A DNA stretch of 64,000 nt. Source: Candidatus Ryanbacteria bacterium CG10_big_fil_rev_8_21_14_0_10_43_42 (GTDB lineage Bacteria > Patescibacteriota > Minisyncoccia > Ryanbacterales > 2-02-FULL-48-12). The stretch covers positions 18,159 to 82,158 of the forward strand of contig PFEF01000008.1 in the NCBI GenBank assembly GCA_002793915.1, in the 5' to 3' direction. Positions 1 to 9,908 of this stretch are shown here, in pieces. How positions within the stretch are numbered: the stretch's first letter is position 1; the number at the start of each line of letters is the position of its first letter. The translations under genes and the position numbers were made by a program. The notes below the pieces were generated by a model. It ran no database searches. It saw only the letters and a list, made by a program, of their open reading frames with translations, and was not told the DNA's origin.

Positions 1-120
1 AGCTAAAAGCACGGTTCCGAAAAAGATTGTTCCCCAGTCGGGTATAAGACCAACCCAACTAAATAAGAAAACAGCAAAGATAACCAACAACAGCTCTCCA
101 AATATTCTTCTCGTACTCAT
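1..120 (-). CDS. small hydrophobic protein, N-terminal 40 codons only (gene runs off window start)
   Basis: ATG at 118-120 (minus) preceded by AAGGGG SD (revcomp of 128-133) 7 nt upstream; translation MSTRRIFGELLLVIFAVFLFSWVGLIPDWGTIFFGTVLLA is a TM helix; 21-nt gap to upstream gene suggests operon. Confidence 0.4.
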   Translation of the reverse strand, partial: MSTRRIFGELLLVIFAVFLFSWVGLIPDWGTIFFGTVLLA

Positions 121-141
121 GGTGCGTCCCCTTTTTTTCGT

Positions 142-1722
142 TTAGCGTCTTCTTCGGAAAAACCAGAGACTCCGGAAAATATCGGCAAGGGGCGCAATGC
201 CACCGGAAAACATTTCCCAAAACTTTGGTCGCCCCTCGCGCTCTGGGGTATCTCCTTCGAGGTCTTCCAATACTCTCTTTTTACCCCATCTAAAAGCGCG
301 GATAATACCTCCGATGCTTGCATACAAATACATGAGAATGGTAGTAGCCCACAAAAGCCATAGAAGTTCCCAAAGAGAATCGATGCGGGAAATTTCCTTG
401 ATTTCCGGTAAAACCGGCTCTTCCGGCTTTTGAGGAATCGGCGGCAATCCTTGGAGTTTCCGCGTTCTTTGAATTCTCTTCTGTGCCGTAAGGTGGTCTC
501 CCCACCGCACATATGCATTATATTCGGAAAGACGCTCTTCATATTCGTTCTTCTTCTGGTCAAACTCTTCCTGCGCCATTCTTTCTTCTTCGGTAGCCCC
601 CAGCAATACTTCCGCTGTACTGAAGTAATTAAAGTATGCGAAAGTACAAAGAATTGAAAGACCAAGAAGTATGTGTGCTATCTTACTGGCGCGTTTTGAG
701 ACTTTCACAACCGGTGGTCCGAACACATCAAAGTTTTCTGTTCGTTCCAACGGTGGAGATTCGATGAAGAATTTTGTTCGGCTCCGTATAAAGAGCCTGC
801 GCTTCACATATCCCTCCAATGGAATAACGATGTCAATAATCCTTTTCTCGAACCCTTTCTCATATACGCTTAAGACGCAGGTTCCGGCACATGGATTTTT
901 ATCCTTATCCCACATGCGCACGGTGTATGAAACTTCTCCCGCCTCTGTTTCTTCGGGTGATTGTTCAAGAATTTTCATATCAAAGTCTGCTGCAACAATT
1001 GGTTTTAAAACCGTTATCGTGTCGCTTTGCCGCACGCTTGACTTCTCCCGAATATATGCGGCAACAACATGCTGTCCCGGAATAAGGTCGGTTATGTTAT
1101 ATACCGCCTTGCCGCCTGCACCAGAAGACATGTCCGCAACAACCCTTCCATTGAGATCAAACGAAATTGTTTCGTTTACCTCTTTTTTGTCATCGCGAGA
1201 AACAATAGCCGTAAGTATAACACTGCCCTTGCCATCCAGATCCGTCACCGGATCCGTATGCTCAAGGTGTATCTTAAACACCGGCTCTTTCGGTTTCGAG
1301 ATGGAAATTTTTTTATCTTTCCTTATCGTTGTTCCCACAACCTGCGCGCTTACCGTATGACTGCCTGGCTCAATGCCGCGCATAACGAGAGATGCATTTC
1401 CGTCTTCCTCGGAAGACAGCGTTTCATACACCACCTCATCAAGGAAAAAACGTATTTCAACACCTTCAATGGGGGTATTATTTTTTTGTGACAGCGTAAC
1501 TGCCACGGTAACATACCCCACACCATCTTCTTCTTTTGGCTCAGAAACACGCAAAACAAGTTTTGTGCCAGACAGATTAAGGTGGTTCTTGTCTTCTTTT
1601 TTTTCTTCTCCTTGAGGGTGACTTATGGTTATAGTCACTTTTTTTTGGCAGTCCCAGCAATAGGGGCCGCTCCAGTTAACAACATTACTCACACCGCAAA
1701 GCGGGCACGTTACGTTCTCCAT
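142..1722 (-). CDS. membrane protein with N-terminal C4 zinc-ribbon (CPLCG..CWDCQ), Ig-like/beta-sandwich repeats and C-terminal TM helices; function unknown
   Basis: 526-aa ORF; CxxC-x14-CxxC at N-terminus; repeated ~90-aa beta-rich segments; two hydrophobic helices near C-terminus. Confidence 0.6.
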   Translation of the reverse strand: MENVTCPLCGVSNVVNWSGPYCWDCQKKVTITISHPQGEEKKEDKNHLNLSGTKLVLRVSEPKEEDGVGYVTVAVTLSQKNNTPIEGVEIRFFLDEVVYETLSSEEDGNASLVMRGIEPGSHTVSAQVVGTTIRKDKKISISKPKEPVFKIHLEHTDPVTDLDGKGSVILTAIVSRDDKKEVNETISFDLNGRVVADMSSGAGGKAVYNITDLIPGQHVVAAYIREKSSVRQSDTITVLKPIVAADFDMKILEQSPEETEAGEVSYTVRMWDKDKNPCAGTCVLSVYEKGFEKRIIDIVIPLEGYVKRRLFIRSRTKFFIESPPLERTENFDVFGPPVVKVSKRASKIAHILLGLSILCTFAYFNYFSTAEVLLGATEEERMAQEEFDQKKNEYEERLSEYNAYVRWGDHLTAQKRIQRTRKLQGLPPIPQKPEEPVLPEIKEISRIDSLWELLWLLWATTILMYLYASIGGIIRAFRWGKKRVLEDLEGDTPEREGRPKFWEMFSGGIAPLADIFRSLWFFRRRR

Positions 1723-1869
1723 AAATCACCTCTCTTTTTTCAAATTATTGATTGCAATATAACACTTTTTTATTAAAAAGTCAATAGTTTAAACACTTCA
1801 TTCTACGTTTTTTATTATTTCTTTTTTCTTTTATATAAAAACACTCCAAATGGTGTAAATGAAGCGTTA

Positions 1870-1897
1870 TTGACAAATAAGAAATTTACTGTATTTT
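1870..1897 (+). promoter_or_regulatory. putative sigma70-type promoter (TTGACA-16-TATTTT) for 1924 gene
   Basis: TTGACA at 1870-1875, TATTTT at 1892-1897, AAGGAGAG SD at 1911-1918, ATG 1924. Confidence 0.35.
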
Positions 1898-1923
1898 TAA
1901 TAACAAGACAAAGGAGAGCATAC

Positions 1924-2283
1924 ATGGAACGCCTTATATTGTTTTTTGTTATTTGGGCTGTTTTATCCGGATGGGAAGATAATAAAATAGCGTTTCGAAA
2001 AAGCGCTCTAATATTGGTTTATATTCATATCGGTATTCTTTTTTTTATTCCTCTGGGCGTCATTGGCCTCACGGCAAAAGCCGGTGGATTGGCCATTATA
2101 CTGGGTTTTGCCGTAGGTGTGTTTATTTTTCTTTGTATTTTTATAGAAATGCTGGGGTGCCTTGCCTGGTATTACGGCGTGCGAGAAGATGGTCGTAGGG
2201 GTGAAGCTTCCTGGCGCATTCCTCTTCTTATTGTAGGCGGACTGCTCTGGATTATAGGCCTTCCAAACACGCTTTTCTTCTGA
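1924..2283 (+). CDS. small polytopic membrane protein (about 4 TM), unknown function
   Basis: ORF with SD AAGGAGAG 6 nt upstream of ATG 1924; hydrophobic helices throughout; longest ORF starts 1870 but lacks RBS. Confidence 0.5.
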   Translation: MERLILFFVIWAVLSGWEDNKIAFRKSALILVYIHIGILFFIPLGVIGLTAKAGGLAIILGFAVGVFIFLCIFIEMLGCLAWYYGVREDGRRGEASWRIPLLIVGGLLWIIGLPNTLFF

Positions 2284-2319
2284 CAATACTCCTTTTTATA
2301 AGGAGTTTTTTATTGCGCG

Positions 2320-3216
2320 TCACTCTTCTTTCCGGCGGCGGCCGTGAAACGCCTTATGCACTTCCCGAAGCTGTTTATCCGTAAGGTGTGTATATACCTG
2401 TGTGGTTGTTATATTCGTATGCCCCAACATAACCTGTACCGAGCGCAAATCGGCGCCGTTTATAAGAAGATCGGTGGCAAACATGTGCCTTAACGTGTGA
2501 GGGGTTACTTTTTTTGGAATACCCGCCTTAAGGGCATAGTACTGTAATATACGCTGAACAGAACGAGGCGTTAGACGTGTTGGTTCTGTAAGCGCATTTC
2601 CCTTATGCGCACTTACAAAAAGGGCCGGAGTAATATCTCCGCGCTTATCAGTATATGATTTTATGGCTTTTTTTGCGCCATCAGACAGAAAAACAACGCG
2701 TATTTTTCCTCCCTTTCCCCGAATGGAAAACTCATCTCGATCAAGCGGTATCGATTCTTTATCCAAAGAACAAAGCTCGGATACGCGAAGACCCGTTGAA
2801 AACAAAAGCTCTAGAAGCGCCTTATCCCGCAACACTGAAAGGGAAGACCCCTTTGGCGCATCAAGCAAACGCTCTAAATCCCGCTCATCTATTAAGTCAA
2901 TTTCGCGCCCGTCTGTTTTTGCCAGCTCTATTTTTTCCGGAATAAGCGATGGCTCGTCCCGGCGCACAAGATATTTCAGAAATCCCCGAAGGGCGATAAG
3001 GTGGTAATTCTGGGTTTTTCTGTCTAATGCGGCTCTGTTAAGCCATAATCGGTATTGTCGCACAACTTCATCCGTAATAGCTTCCGGCTTTGTAACTCCT
3101 GAAAACCGAATAAACCGGGTAAGATACCGCCTATAATTATCAATGGTTTTCCTGCTCCGTCCCTTTTCAATCTCAAGATAGGCAAGATAATCGTCAATAA
3201 GCTTCATGCTTTTCAT
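2320..3216 (-). CDS. tyrosine site-specific recombinase, XerC/XerD family
   Basis: 298 aa; N-terminal SAM-like core-binding domain; C-terminal catalytic motifs R..HTLRHMFAT..LGH..TQVYTHL typical of Xer/phage-integrase family. Confidence 0.85.
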   Translation of the reverse strand: MKSMKLIDDYLAYLEIEKGRSRKTIDNYRRYLTRFIRFSGVTKPEAITDEVVRQYRLWLNRAALDRKTQNYHLIALRGFLKYLVRRDEPSLIPEKIELAKTDGREIDLIDERDLERLLDAPKGSSLSVLRDKALLELLFSTGLRVSELCSLDKESIPLDRDEFSIRGKGGKIRVVFLSDGAKKAIKSYTDKRGDITPALFVSAHKGNALTEPTRLTPRSVQRILQYYALKAGIPKKVTPHTLRHMFATDLLINGADLRSVQVMLGHTNITTTQVYTHLTDKQLREVHKAFHGRRRKEE

Positions 3217-3319
3217 TGTACCAAATTGCCCCCTATTATGCTTACATATGGCAAAAGTTGCCGGTTACTTTATAAAGGGGGCTTGCAAAAAACCGCACAC
3301 TATGGTAGTATGCGTGTAC

Positions 3320-3586
3320 ATGATTCCCGCAAAAGAAAAATCAAAAGTTATAGCAAAATTCCGTATCCATGAGAAGGATACGGGTTCTTCTGACGTACAG
3401 ATAGCCGTTGTAACGGAAGAAATTACCCGCCTCGCGGATCATTTGAAAAAAAATCCCAAAGATAATCATTCCCGCCGCGGACTTCTTAAAATGGTAGCTA
3501 AGCGGAAAAATCTTCTTGCTTATCTTGCTCGTGAAGATGACGGACGTTATCAAGGTGTAATCAAAAAACTCGGCTTAAAGAAATAA
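3320..3586 (+). CDS. rpsO: 30S ribosomal protein S15
   Basis: 89-aa translation MIPAKEKSKVIAKFRIHEKDTGSSDVQIAVVTEEITRLADHLKKNPKDNHSRRGLLKMVAKRKNLLAYL matches S15 along its length; longest ORF (from 3206) is an artefactual extension. Confidence 0.9.
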   Translation: MIPAKEKSKVIAKFRIHEKDTGSSDVQIAVVTEEITRLADHLKKNPKDNHSRRGLLKMVAKRKNLLAYLAREDDGRYQGVIKKLGLKK

Positions 3587-3733
3587 TGCCACATCTTATA
3601 CTAGGTGGTGTTATTTTTATAAAACATACCATAAAACGTAAAGACACATAGGTTTAGCCATGACTTAAGGAACAGATAGACCGTCATGGATAACAGGAAG
3701 ACATGCTAAATATGTGTGCCGTAAAGAAGAATT

Positions 3734-4261
3734 ATGACAAGACCTCTCTATCCTGCTGAACGTGTTGCGGTGTTTATCGATGTACAAAACATGTACCATT
3801 CCGCGCGCAGTTTACATAATGCGCGCGTAAATTTTAAAGAAATACTGAAAGAAGCCGTGGCCAACCGCCACCTTATCCGTGCGTTTGCTTATGTAATACG
3901 TACAAAAACGGGGGAAGAACAGCCGTTTTTTGAGGCACTGCAAAAGCAAGGTATCGAAATTCGCGTACGTGACCTCTTGGAGTTTTACGGGGGTGCTAAA
4001 AAGGCGGATTGGGATGTCGGTATTGTCATCGATGCTATTCGTACATCCGAAATTGTGGATGCTATTGTTCTGGTAAGCGGGGATGGAGACTTTGTTGATC
4101 TGATCGATCATTTGCGTAGCCGCGGACGGCATATTGAAGTTATGGCATTCGGCAAATCAACCTCAAGTCGCTTAAAAGAGGCGGCCGATACATTTATAGA
4201 TATTTCCGAAGAACCGAAAAAATACCTTATCAACATTAAAAAAGGTTCCAGTAAACCATAA
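3734..4261 (+). CDS. NYN-domain (LabA/DUF88-like, PIN-fold) predicted ribonuclease
   Basis: 175 aa; VAVFIDVQN..D..I.....D..VLVSGDGDF motifs of NYN/LabA family; sits between rpsO and pnp. Confidence 0.7.
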   Translation: MTRPLYPAERVAVFIDVQNMYHSARSLHNARVNFKEILKEAVANRHLIRAFAYVIRTKTGEEQPFFEALQKQGIEIRVRDLLEFYGGAKKADWDVGIVIDAIRTSEIVDAIVLVSGDGDFVDLIDHLRSRGRHIEVMAFGKSTSSRLKEAADTFIDISEEPKKYLINIKKGSSKP

Positions 4262-4359
4262 TAATAATTAATATATTAATAACGCAGTTGAAAGGAAAGG
4301 TCTGTAGATAGATAGATGCTTACTCATAGCAAGGCGTCTAAAATCTGGAGATCTGTACC

Positions 4360-4376
4360 GGAATACTGCGTATTCC
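4360..4376 (+). promoter_or_regulatory. 7-bp stem/3-nt loop hairpin (GGAATAC-TGC-GTATTCC) ending 4 nt before pnp start codon
   Basis: perfect inverted repeat at 4360-4366/4370-4376; nearest GGAG (4347-4350) is ~30 nt upstream of the ATG, so the hairpin occupies the RBS position. Confidence 0.3.
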
Positions 4377-4380
4377 ATCA

Positions 4381-6600
4381 ATGGAAACTAAACAATTCTC
4401 TATAGAAGTTGCCGGAAAACCGCTTGTGGCGGAATTTTCTCCTTTAGCCGAACAGGCAAACGGATCTGTACTAGTACGCTACGGGGAAACCGTCGTATTT
4501 GCTACTGCCGTTATGGACAAAAAAGAACGCGAAGGAGCAAAATTTTTTCCGTTAATGGTAGATTACGAAGAAAAATTTTATGCCGCGGGGCGTATTTTAG
4601 GCTCACGTTTCATGCGACGGGAAGGGCGCCCTTCCGAAGAAGCTATTTTAATGTCGCGCGTTATCGACCGCTCAATTCGTCCGCTATTTGACCACCGCAT
4701 GCGAAACGACCTTCAGGTAACAGTAACGGCTCTTGCGGTAGATGAACAAAATGACCCCGATGTACCCGCACTCTTTGCGGCTTCTTTGGCGCTTGCCGTT
4801 TCAAATATTCCCTGGAATGGTCCGGTAGCCGCCGTACGCGTCTGTAAAACGGCTGAAGGGATGCATAGCATAAATCCCACATACGAAGAGCGGGAAGATA
4901 ATACTCTTGATACGTTTTTTACCGGTGTTCCCGGGCACATAAACATGATTGAAGCTAGCGCCAAGGAAGCATCCGAAGAAGAATTCATTACGGCATTTGA
5001 AGAAGGGTCCGCCGTAATAAAACAACTTATTGCATTTCAAAATGATATCGTAAAAGAGATGGGCGTTCCCAAACGAACTATTAAGCTTCCGGAGCCTACC
5101 GATGAACTCATAAAAGCGCTCGCCGCATATGAAGAACGCGTGGAAGATGCCATATATGAAACCGATAAAGTTCTTCGTGCCGAACGCATGAACGATATGA
5201 TGAACGAATGGATGAGCCACGTTGCTGAATCTTATCCCGATGCATCAGCCCAGCTCGCGGAACATATGTTTGAAGAGCTTATGAATAATATCGTACACCG
5301 CAACATACTGGACAAGCCGGATGGTGAAGAAAAACGCGCCGACGGACGTGCTCTTAATGAAATTCGCCCCCTCTTTACCAAAACACATATTACCGAAAGG
5401 AATCATGGGTCTGCTATATTCTATCGCGGACAAACACACATCCTTTCCGTGGCTACTCTTGGCGCTCCGGGAGATTCGCTCCTTATTGAGGGTATGGAGG
5501 TACGCGAAAAGCGGCATTTTATGCATCATTATAATTTCCCGCCATTTTCGGTAGGAGAAGTAAAACCCATGCGTGGTCCGGGGAGACGCGAAATTGGGCA
5601 TGGAGCCCTTGCCGAAAAAGCACTTCGTGGCGTCATTCCGCCAAAAGAAGATTTTCCCTACACCATTCGTGTTGTTTCGGAAACATTCTCTTCAAATGGA
5701 TCATCCTCGATGGGTTCCGTATGTGCATCTTCCATGGCACTTATGGATGCGGGTGTACCTATTAAAGCCGCTGTCGCCGGTTCCTCTATGGGACTCATGG
5801 TGCGTCACGACAAAGCAAGCGGAAAAGTAATCTATAAGGTTCTCACCGATATCCAGGGCGTTGAAGATCATTTAGGCGACATGGATTTCAAGGTTGCCGG
5901 CACGCGTACCGGTATCACCGCCATTCAGCTTGATATTAAAGTGGAGGGCGTTACGCTCGACATGATCCGCGATGCATTCGCGGAAGCCCGCAACGGCCGG
6001 CTTAAAATTCTCGATGCCATGGATGCCACTATAAGCGAAACTCGGAAGGAAATTTCTCCCTATGCACCGAAAATAATTACCATGACGATAAAGCCCGATA
6101 AAATTCGTGAGGTTATAGGACCGGGTGGAAAAGTCATTAACGAAATTATCGATCAAACCGGATGTCAGATAGACATAGAACAGGATGGCTCTATCTTCAT
6201 CACCGGAACAAACACGGAAACGGCAATGGAGGCGCAAAAACTTATCGAAGAAATTGTGCAAGATTATGAAGTGGGGCAGAAATTCACCGGACGCGTAACA
6301 CGTCTCTTCAACTTTGGAGCCATGGTTGAAATCGCGCCGCGCACGGAAGGAATGGTACATATCTCTGAATTGGCGCCATTCCGTGTCGAGCAGGTAACCG
6401 ATATGGTAGATGTAGGGGATGAAGTGCCGGTAGAAATTATCGCTATTGATGACATGGGACGTATTAATCTCTCTATAAAGCGCGTCGCCACTCTTGAGGC
6501 AAAAAATCCCTCCGCAGGCAAATCATCCTCTCGTCCGCCTTCTGAAAACACTCCTTATAAGGGAAAACATGCTCCACGCGACAGACATGATCGTTCATAG
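4381..6600 (+). CDS. pnp: polynucleotide phosphorylase (polyribonucleotide nucleotidyltransferase)
   Basis: 739 aa; two RNase PH domains, hallmark GDMDFKVAGT motif, C-terminal KH (IGPGGKVINEI) and S1 domains. Confidence 0.95.
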   Translation: METKQFSIEVAGKPLVAEFSPLAEQANGSVLVRYGETVVFATAVMDKKEREGAKFFPLMVDYEEKFYAAGRILGSRFMRREGRPSEEAILMSRVIDRSIRPLFDHRMRNDLQVTVTALAVDEQNDPDVPALFAASLALAVSNIPWNGPVAAVRVCKTAEGMHSINPTYEEREDNTLDTFFTGVPGHINMIEASAKEASEEEFITAFEEGSAVIKQLIAFQNDIVKEMGVPKRTIKLPEPTDELIKALAAYEERVEDAIYETDKVLRAERMNDMMNEWMSHVAESYPDASAQLAEHMFEELMNNIVHRNILDKPDGEEKRADGRALNEIRPLFTKTHITERNHGSAIFYRGQTHILSVATLGAPGDSLLIEGMEVREKRHFMHHYNFPPFSVGEVKPMRGPGRREIGHGALAEKALRGVIPPKEDFPYTIRVVSETFSSNGSSSMGSVCASSMALMDAGVPIKAAVAGSSMGLMVRHDKASGKVIYKVLTDIQGVEDHLGDMDFKVAGTRTGITAIQLDIKVEGVTLDMIRDAFAEARNGRLKILDAMDATISETRKEISPYAPKIITMTIKPDKIREVIGPGGKVINEIIDQTGCQIDIEQDGSIFITGTNTETAMEAQKLIEEIVQDYEVGQKFTGRVTRLFNFGAMVEIAPRTEGMVHISELAPFRVEQVTDMVDVGDEVPVEIIAIDDMGRINLSIKRVATLEAKNPSAGKSSSRPPSENTPYKGKHAPRDRHDRS

Positions 6601-6627
6601 ATAGTGTAATAACTAGTAAAAACAACT

Positions 6628-6657
6628 GGTGGTACAAACATACCGCCTGTTTTTTGT
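6628..6657 (+). terminator. rho-independent terminator after pnp
   Basis: GGTGGTA-CAAACA-TACCGCC stem-loop (G.U wobble included) followed by TGTTTTTTGT. Confidence 0.55.
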
Positions 6658-6742
6658 ATGACACCCGCCGAACGTACTTATAAACAACGTATACCGCATC
6701 TGCCACTTATCACTTTCTGCCTCCTACGGTATACTAAACACC

Positions 6743-7714
6743 ATGGATGAAGAAAAACAACCAATAAATGAATCGCCGTCCGATAAATCAACAAGTCCGT
6801 TTGGAAGACAATCGGAAAAAAAACTTCCTCCCCAAGAAGATTCAAAAGAAGAAAAAGAAACGTCTACACCGGAAGAACTTCTGCCGCACATTCGCACAAT
6901 GAAATATGACGTACAACACTATGTAAAGGAAAAAAATCTTTCTTTTTCGGACCTTGTCGCTAAACAACAACAAAAACAATCCTCCGAACCCTTCGTTCGG
7001 GAAGACCCTATTTCCGAAAAAGGATGGTTTCGGGGCGTATTAGGTCTTATCCTTCTTATTGTTCTTGGCATCGGCGGATACGGCGGATTTGTACTCTTCA
7101 CCACGCGAAACACCCTTCCGGCTGAAGAAGCCCCTCCGGCAAAAGCATTTATTGTGGTGGAAGACCGTGAAGTTATAACCGTCCGCGACGGAGACCGTGC
7201 CGGCCTTCTGCAAAAGATCGAAGCTTCTCGCCGTGACCGCCTGCCGTCACGTTCCATAAAACACGTTGTTATACGACTTGAATCATTCGGTGGCGGATCT
7301 CGTTTTGCCACCATTGAGGACTTCTTTTCCATTCTAAAATTTCAAGTTCCTTCCGGATTTATGAATAATTTAGAAGATAAGTTTGATCTTCTTGTATATT
7401 ACCGTCCCGATGGTGCTAACACTGCCCTTATTCTTGACGCGAAAGATGACGAACGCGCTCTTTCGCACATGCTTTCCTGGGAATCAAGCATCATGTTTGA
7501 TTTCCGAAATCTCTATTTCGATGATGCCGTAACACAACCGTCTCAACTTTTTGAAGATACGGTTATTCGAAACATAGACGTTCGCACCCTCGCCCTCGGA
7601 GGCGGGCTCACGTTTTCCTACGGTATTTTTGCCGAAGATCTTCTTCTTCTTTCAACATCGGAAGAATTCCTTGAAATCCTTATAAACCGCCTCTTCGTCT
7701 CTCCTCCACGATAG
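6743..7714 (+). CDS. hypothetical membrane-anchored protein (disordered acidic N-terminus, one TM, C-terminal globular domain)
   Basis: 323-aa ORF; single hydrophobic helix (WFRGVLGLILLIVLGIGGYGGFVLF); no recognisable family. Confidence 0.5.
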   Translation: MDEEKQPINESPSDKSTSPFGRQSEKKLPPQEDSKEEKETSTPEELLPHIRTMKYDVQHYVKEKNLSFSDLVAKQQQKQSSEPFVREDPISEKGWFRGVLGLILLIVLGIGGYGGFVLFTTRNTLPAEEAPPAKAFIVVEDREVITVRDGDRAGLLQKIEASRRDRLPSRSIKHVVIRLESFGGGSRFATIEDFFSILKFQVPSGFMNNLEDKFDLLVYYRPDGANTALILDAKDDERALSHMLSWESSIMFDFRNLYFDDAVTQPSQLFEDTVIRNIDVRTLALGGGLTFSYGIFAEDLLLLSTSEEFLEILINRLFVSPPR

Positions 7715-7773
7715 ACTTCCTCTCCCAAAAACCCTATAATAGACTCGTTACCAGAATATACTATTTGTAATCC

Positions 7774-8130
7774 ATGACCTTAGATATCAACAATTTCAAA
7801 GCGAAACTCGAAGAAGAGCGGACACAATTGGAAATCCAGCTTTCGAAAGTCGGGCGGCGGAATCCGGAAAATCCTGAAGATTGGGAGCCAAAATTTGACG
7901 ACATCAACGAACAAGAGTCCAGCGCTGATGAAATGGCGGACAAGTTTGAAGAAATGGAACAAACACTTGCCCTTCAAAATAATTATGAAAGCCGTCTTAA
8001 TACGGTAAAGACCGCGCTCGCTAAAATTGAGGCGGGAACTTACGGACAATGTCCGAAATGCAATAAAGCAATCCCTCTCGAGCGCCTTGAAGCCGATCCG
8101 GCGGCGGGATGTATGTGCGAAGAAGCTTAG
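7774..8130 (+). CDS. DksA/TraR-family C4 zinc-finger protein
   Basis: 118 aa; coiled-coil N-terminus, C-terminal CPKC-x17-CMC motif as in DksA/TraR. Confidence 0.7.
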   Translation: MTLDINNFKAKLEEERTQLEIQLSKVGRRNPENPEDWEPKFDDINEQESSADEMADKFEEMEQTLALQNNYESRLNTVKTALAKIEAGTYGQCPKCNKAIPLERLEADPAAGCMCEEA

Positions 8131-8301
8131 TTTTAAGCAATAGAAAACTTCTCCCACACAAGACAAAGCCCATCCTTGAAGGTCGTCTTGCTTACTAAAA
8201 CAGACATGCTATAAAGAACATACGGGGAATACACACTGCCCTGTATTTTTTTGTCTTAATCTTTCCTAATAAGAGAACAACCTAAAAACTAACCTCTGAA
8301 A

Positions 8302-9825
8302 ATGTCCGTAAAAATTCATTCAGCGGAAATTGTCGGTATTGATGGCGCTATTATAGACGTGGAGATCGACCTATCACCCGGTTTACATACGTTTTCAATC
8401 GTGGGACTCGCCGATAAAGCGGTGGACGAATCCCGGCATCGTATAGCGGCCGCTATAAAGAATTTCGGTGCCCGTCCACCGCATAAAAAAAATAATCGTG
8501 TTACCGTTTCCCTGGCACCTGCCGATTTGAAAAAAGAAGGTCCGGCATTTGATCTTCCTATAGCTCTTGCTTATCTTTTAGTATCTGAACAGGCAATTTT
8601 TACACCGGAGGGAAAGCTGTTTTTAGGAGAGCTTGCACTTGACGGCACACTTCGTCCTGTTAAAGGCACTCTTTCTCTTGCCATAGCCGCACAAAAATAT
8701 GGCTATAAAGAATTATATGTCCCGTATGGAAACGGTATGGAAGCGGCGCTCGTTAACGGCATAACTGTTTATGAGGCGCGTCATCTGAAAGATATTGTAT
8801 ACCACCTTGAAGGATCCTCTCCTCTTTCTCCCGTTCCTATTACGAGCACAGAAAAAAAATCAACGGAACACCATGCGGACTTTTCCTACATAAAAGGACA
8901 GGAAGCCGCTAAACGCGGACTTGAAATTGCGGCGGCCGGCGGACACAATATAGCATTATCCGGACCTCCCGGCTCTGGTAAAACACTTCTTTCCCGCGCA
9001 CTTCCGTCCATACTTCCACCACCCGAACGTGAAGAAATTATGGAGATTACTCAAATTCATAGCATTGCGGGCATATATCCGCCGCATGAGGGTATTATTA
9101 CGGAGCGCCCGTTCAGAAGCCCGCATCACACAGCGTCCCACGTTGCTCTTGTGGGAGGGGGAACGACACCGCGCCCGGGAGAAATTACACTGGCACATCG
9201 GGGAATATTATTTTTGGATGAATTTCCGGAATTTGAAAAACGCGTACTGGAAGCGTTGCGTCAACCACTAGAAGACGGTGTTATCTCTATTTCCCGCGCC
9301 CGGGGATCCATCACATTTCCTGCACGCATTATGTTGGTTGCCGCTATGAATCCGTGCCCGTGCGGAAATACGGGAAGCGCTAAAAAGGAATGTATATGTC
9401 CACCGCATGCAATAGACCGATATGCACGAAGAATATCCGGCCCTATTATGGATCGCATTGATATGTGGCTTACCGTAGATGCCGTTGAACATGACAAATT
9501 ATCCCTTAGTAAAAATGGAGAACCGTCGAGCACTATCCGAGATAGAGTAGAAAAAGCACGCATTATTCAAAAAGACCGCCTGAAAAAAACTCCCTACATT
9601 ACCAATAGCGATATTGGTGCAAAACACATACAAACGTTATGTGTACTCTCTTCAAAGGCGGATGCAACATTACAAAATGCGGCGAGCGCACTGGAACTTT
9701 CGGCACGAAGTTATCACCGCGTTATAAAAATAGCCCGCACTATCGCAGACCTTGCCGGAGAAAATATCATCTCTGAAAATCACATTCTGGAAGCCATTCA
9801 ATACCGTCCCCGAAAACAAGAATAA
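8302..9825 (+). CDS. comM: YifB/ComM-family Mg-chelatase-like AAA+ ATPase
   Basis: 507 aa; N-terminal Lon-like domain (FDLPIALAYL), Walker A GPPGSGKT, Walker B ILFLDEF, C-terminal ChlI-like region. Confidence 0.9.
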   Translation: MSVKIHSAEIVGIDGAIIDVEIDLSPGLHTFSIVGLADKAVDESRHRIAAAIKNFGARPPHKKNNRVTVSLAPADLKKEGPAFDLPIALAYLLVSEQAIFTPEGKLFLGELALDGTLRPVKGTLSLAIAAQKYGYKELYVPYGNGMEAALVNGITVYEARHLKDIVYHLEGSSPLSPVPITSTEKKSTEHHADFSYIKGQEAAKRGLEIAAAGGHNIALSGPPGSGKTLLSRALPSILPPPEREEIMEITQIHSIAGIYPPHEGIITERPFRSPHHTASHVALVGGGTTPRPGEITLAHRGILFLDEFPEFEKRVLEALRQPLEDGVISISRARGSITFPARIMLVAAMNPCPCGNTGSAKKECICPPHAIDRYARRISGPIMDRIDMWLTVDAVEHDKLSLSKNGEPSSTIRDRVEKARIIQKDRLKKTPYITNSDIGAKHIQTLCVLSSKADATLQNAASALELSARSYHRVIKIARTIADLAGENIISENHILEAIQYRPRKQE

Positions 9826-9908
9826 AGAATGGAGAAGTAAGCGCGCCATACCCGTCTCCCTTAAGAAACTCAATCCATTATTTGTCTAAAAACTACTACA
9901 GATGCCCG

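Noticed and set aside
117-665. 182-aa minus-strand ORF overlapping the 3' part of the 142-1722 gene in another frame
   Set aside because: Basic, low-complexity translation (RRK-rich) fully embedded in a longer, better-supported ORF; treated as shadow ORF, though noted as possible sign of a frameshift.
3206-3319. N-terminal extension of the rpsO ORF (MLFIVPNCPLL...)
   Set aside because: S15 homology begins at Met 3320; extension overlaps the Xer gene start region and has no RBS.
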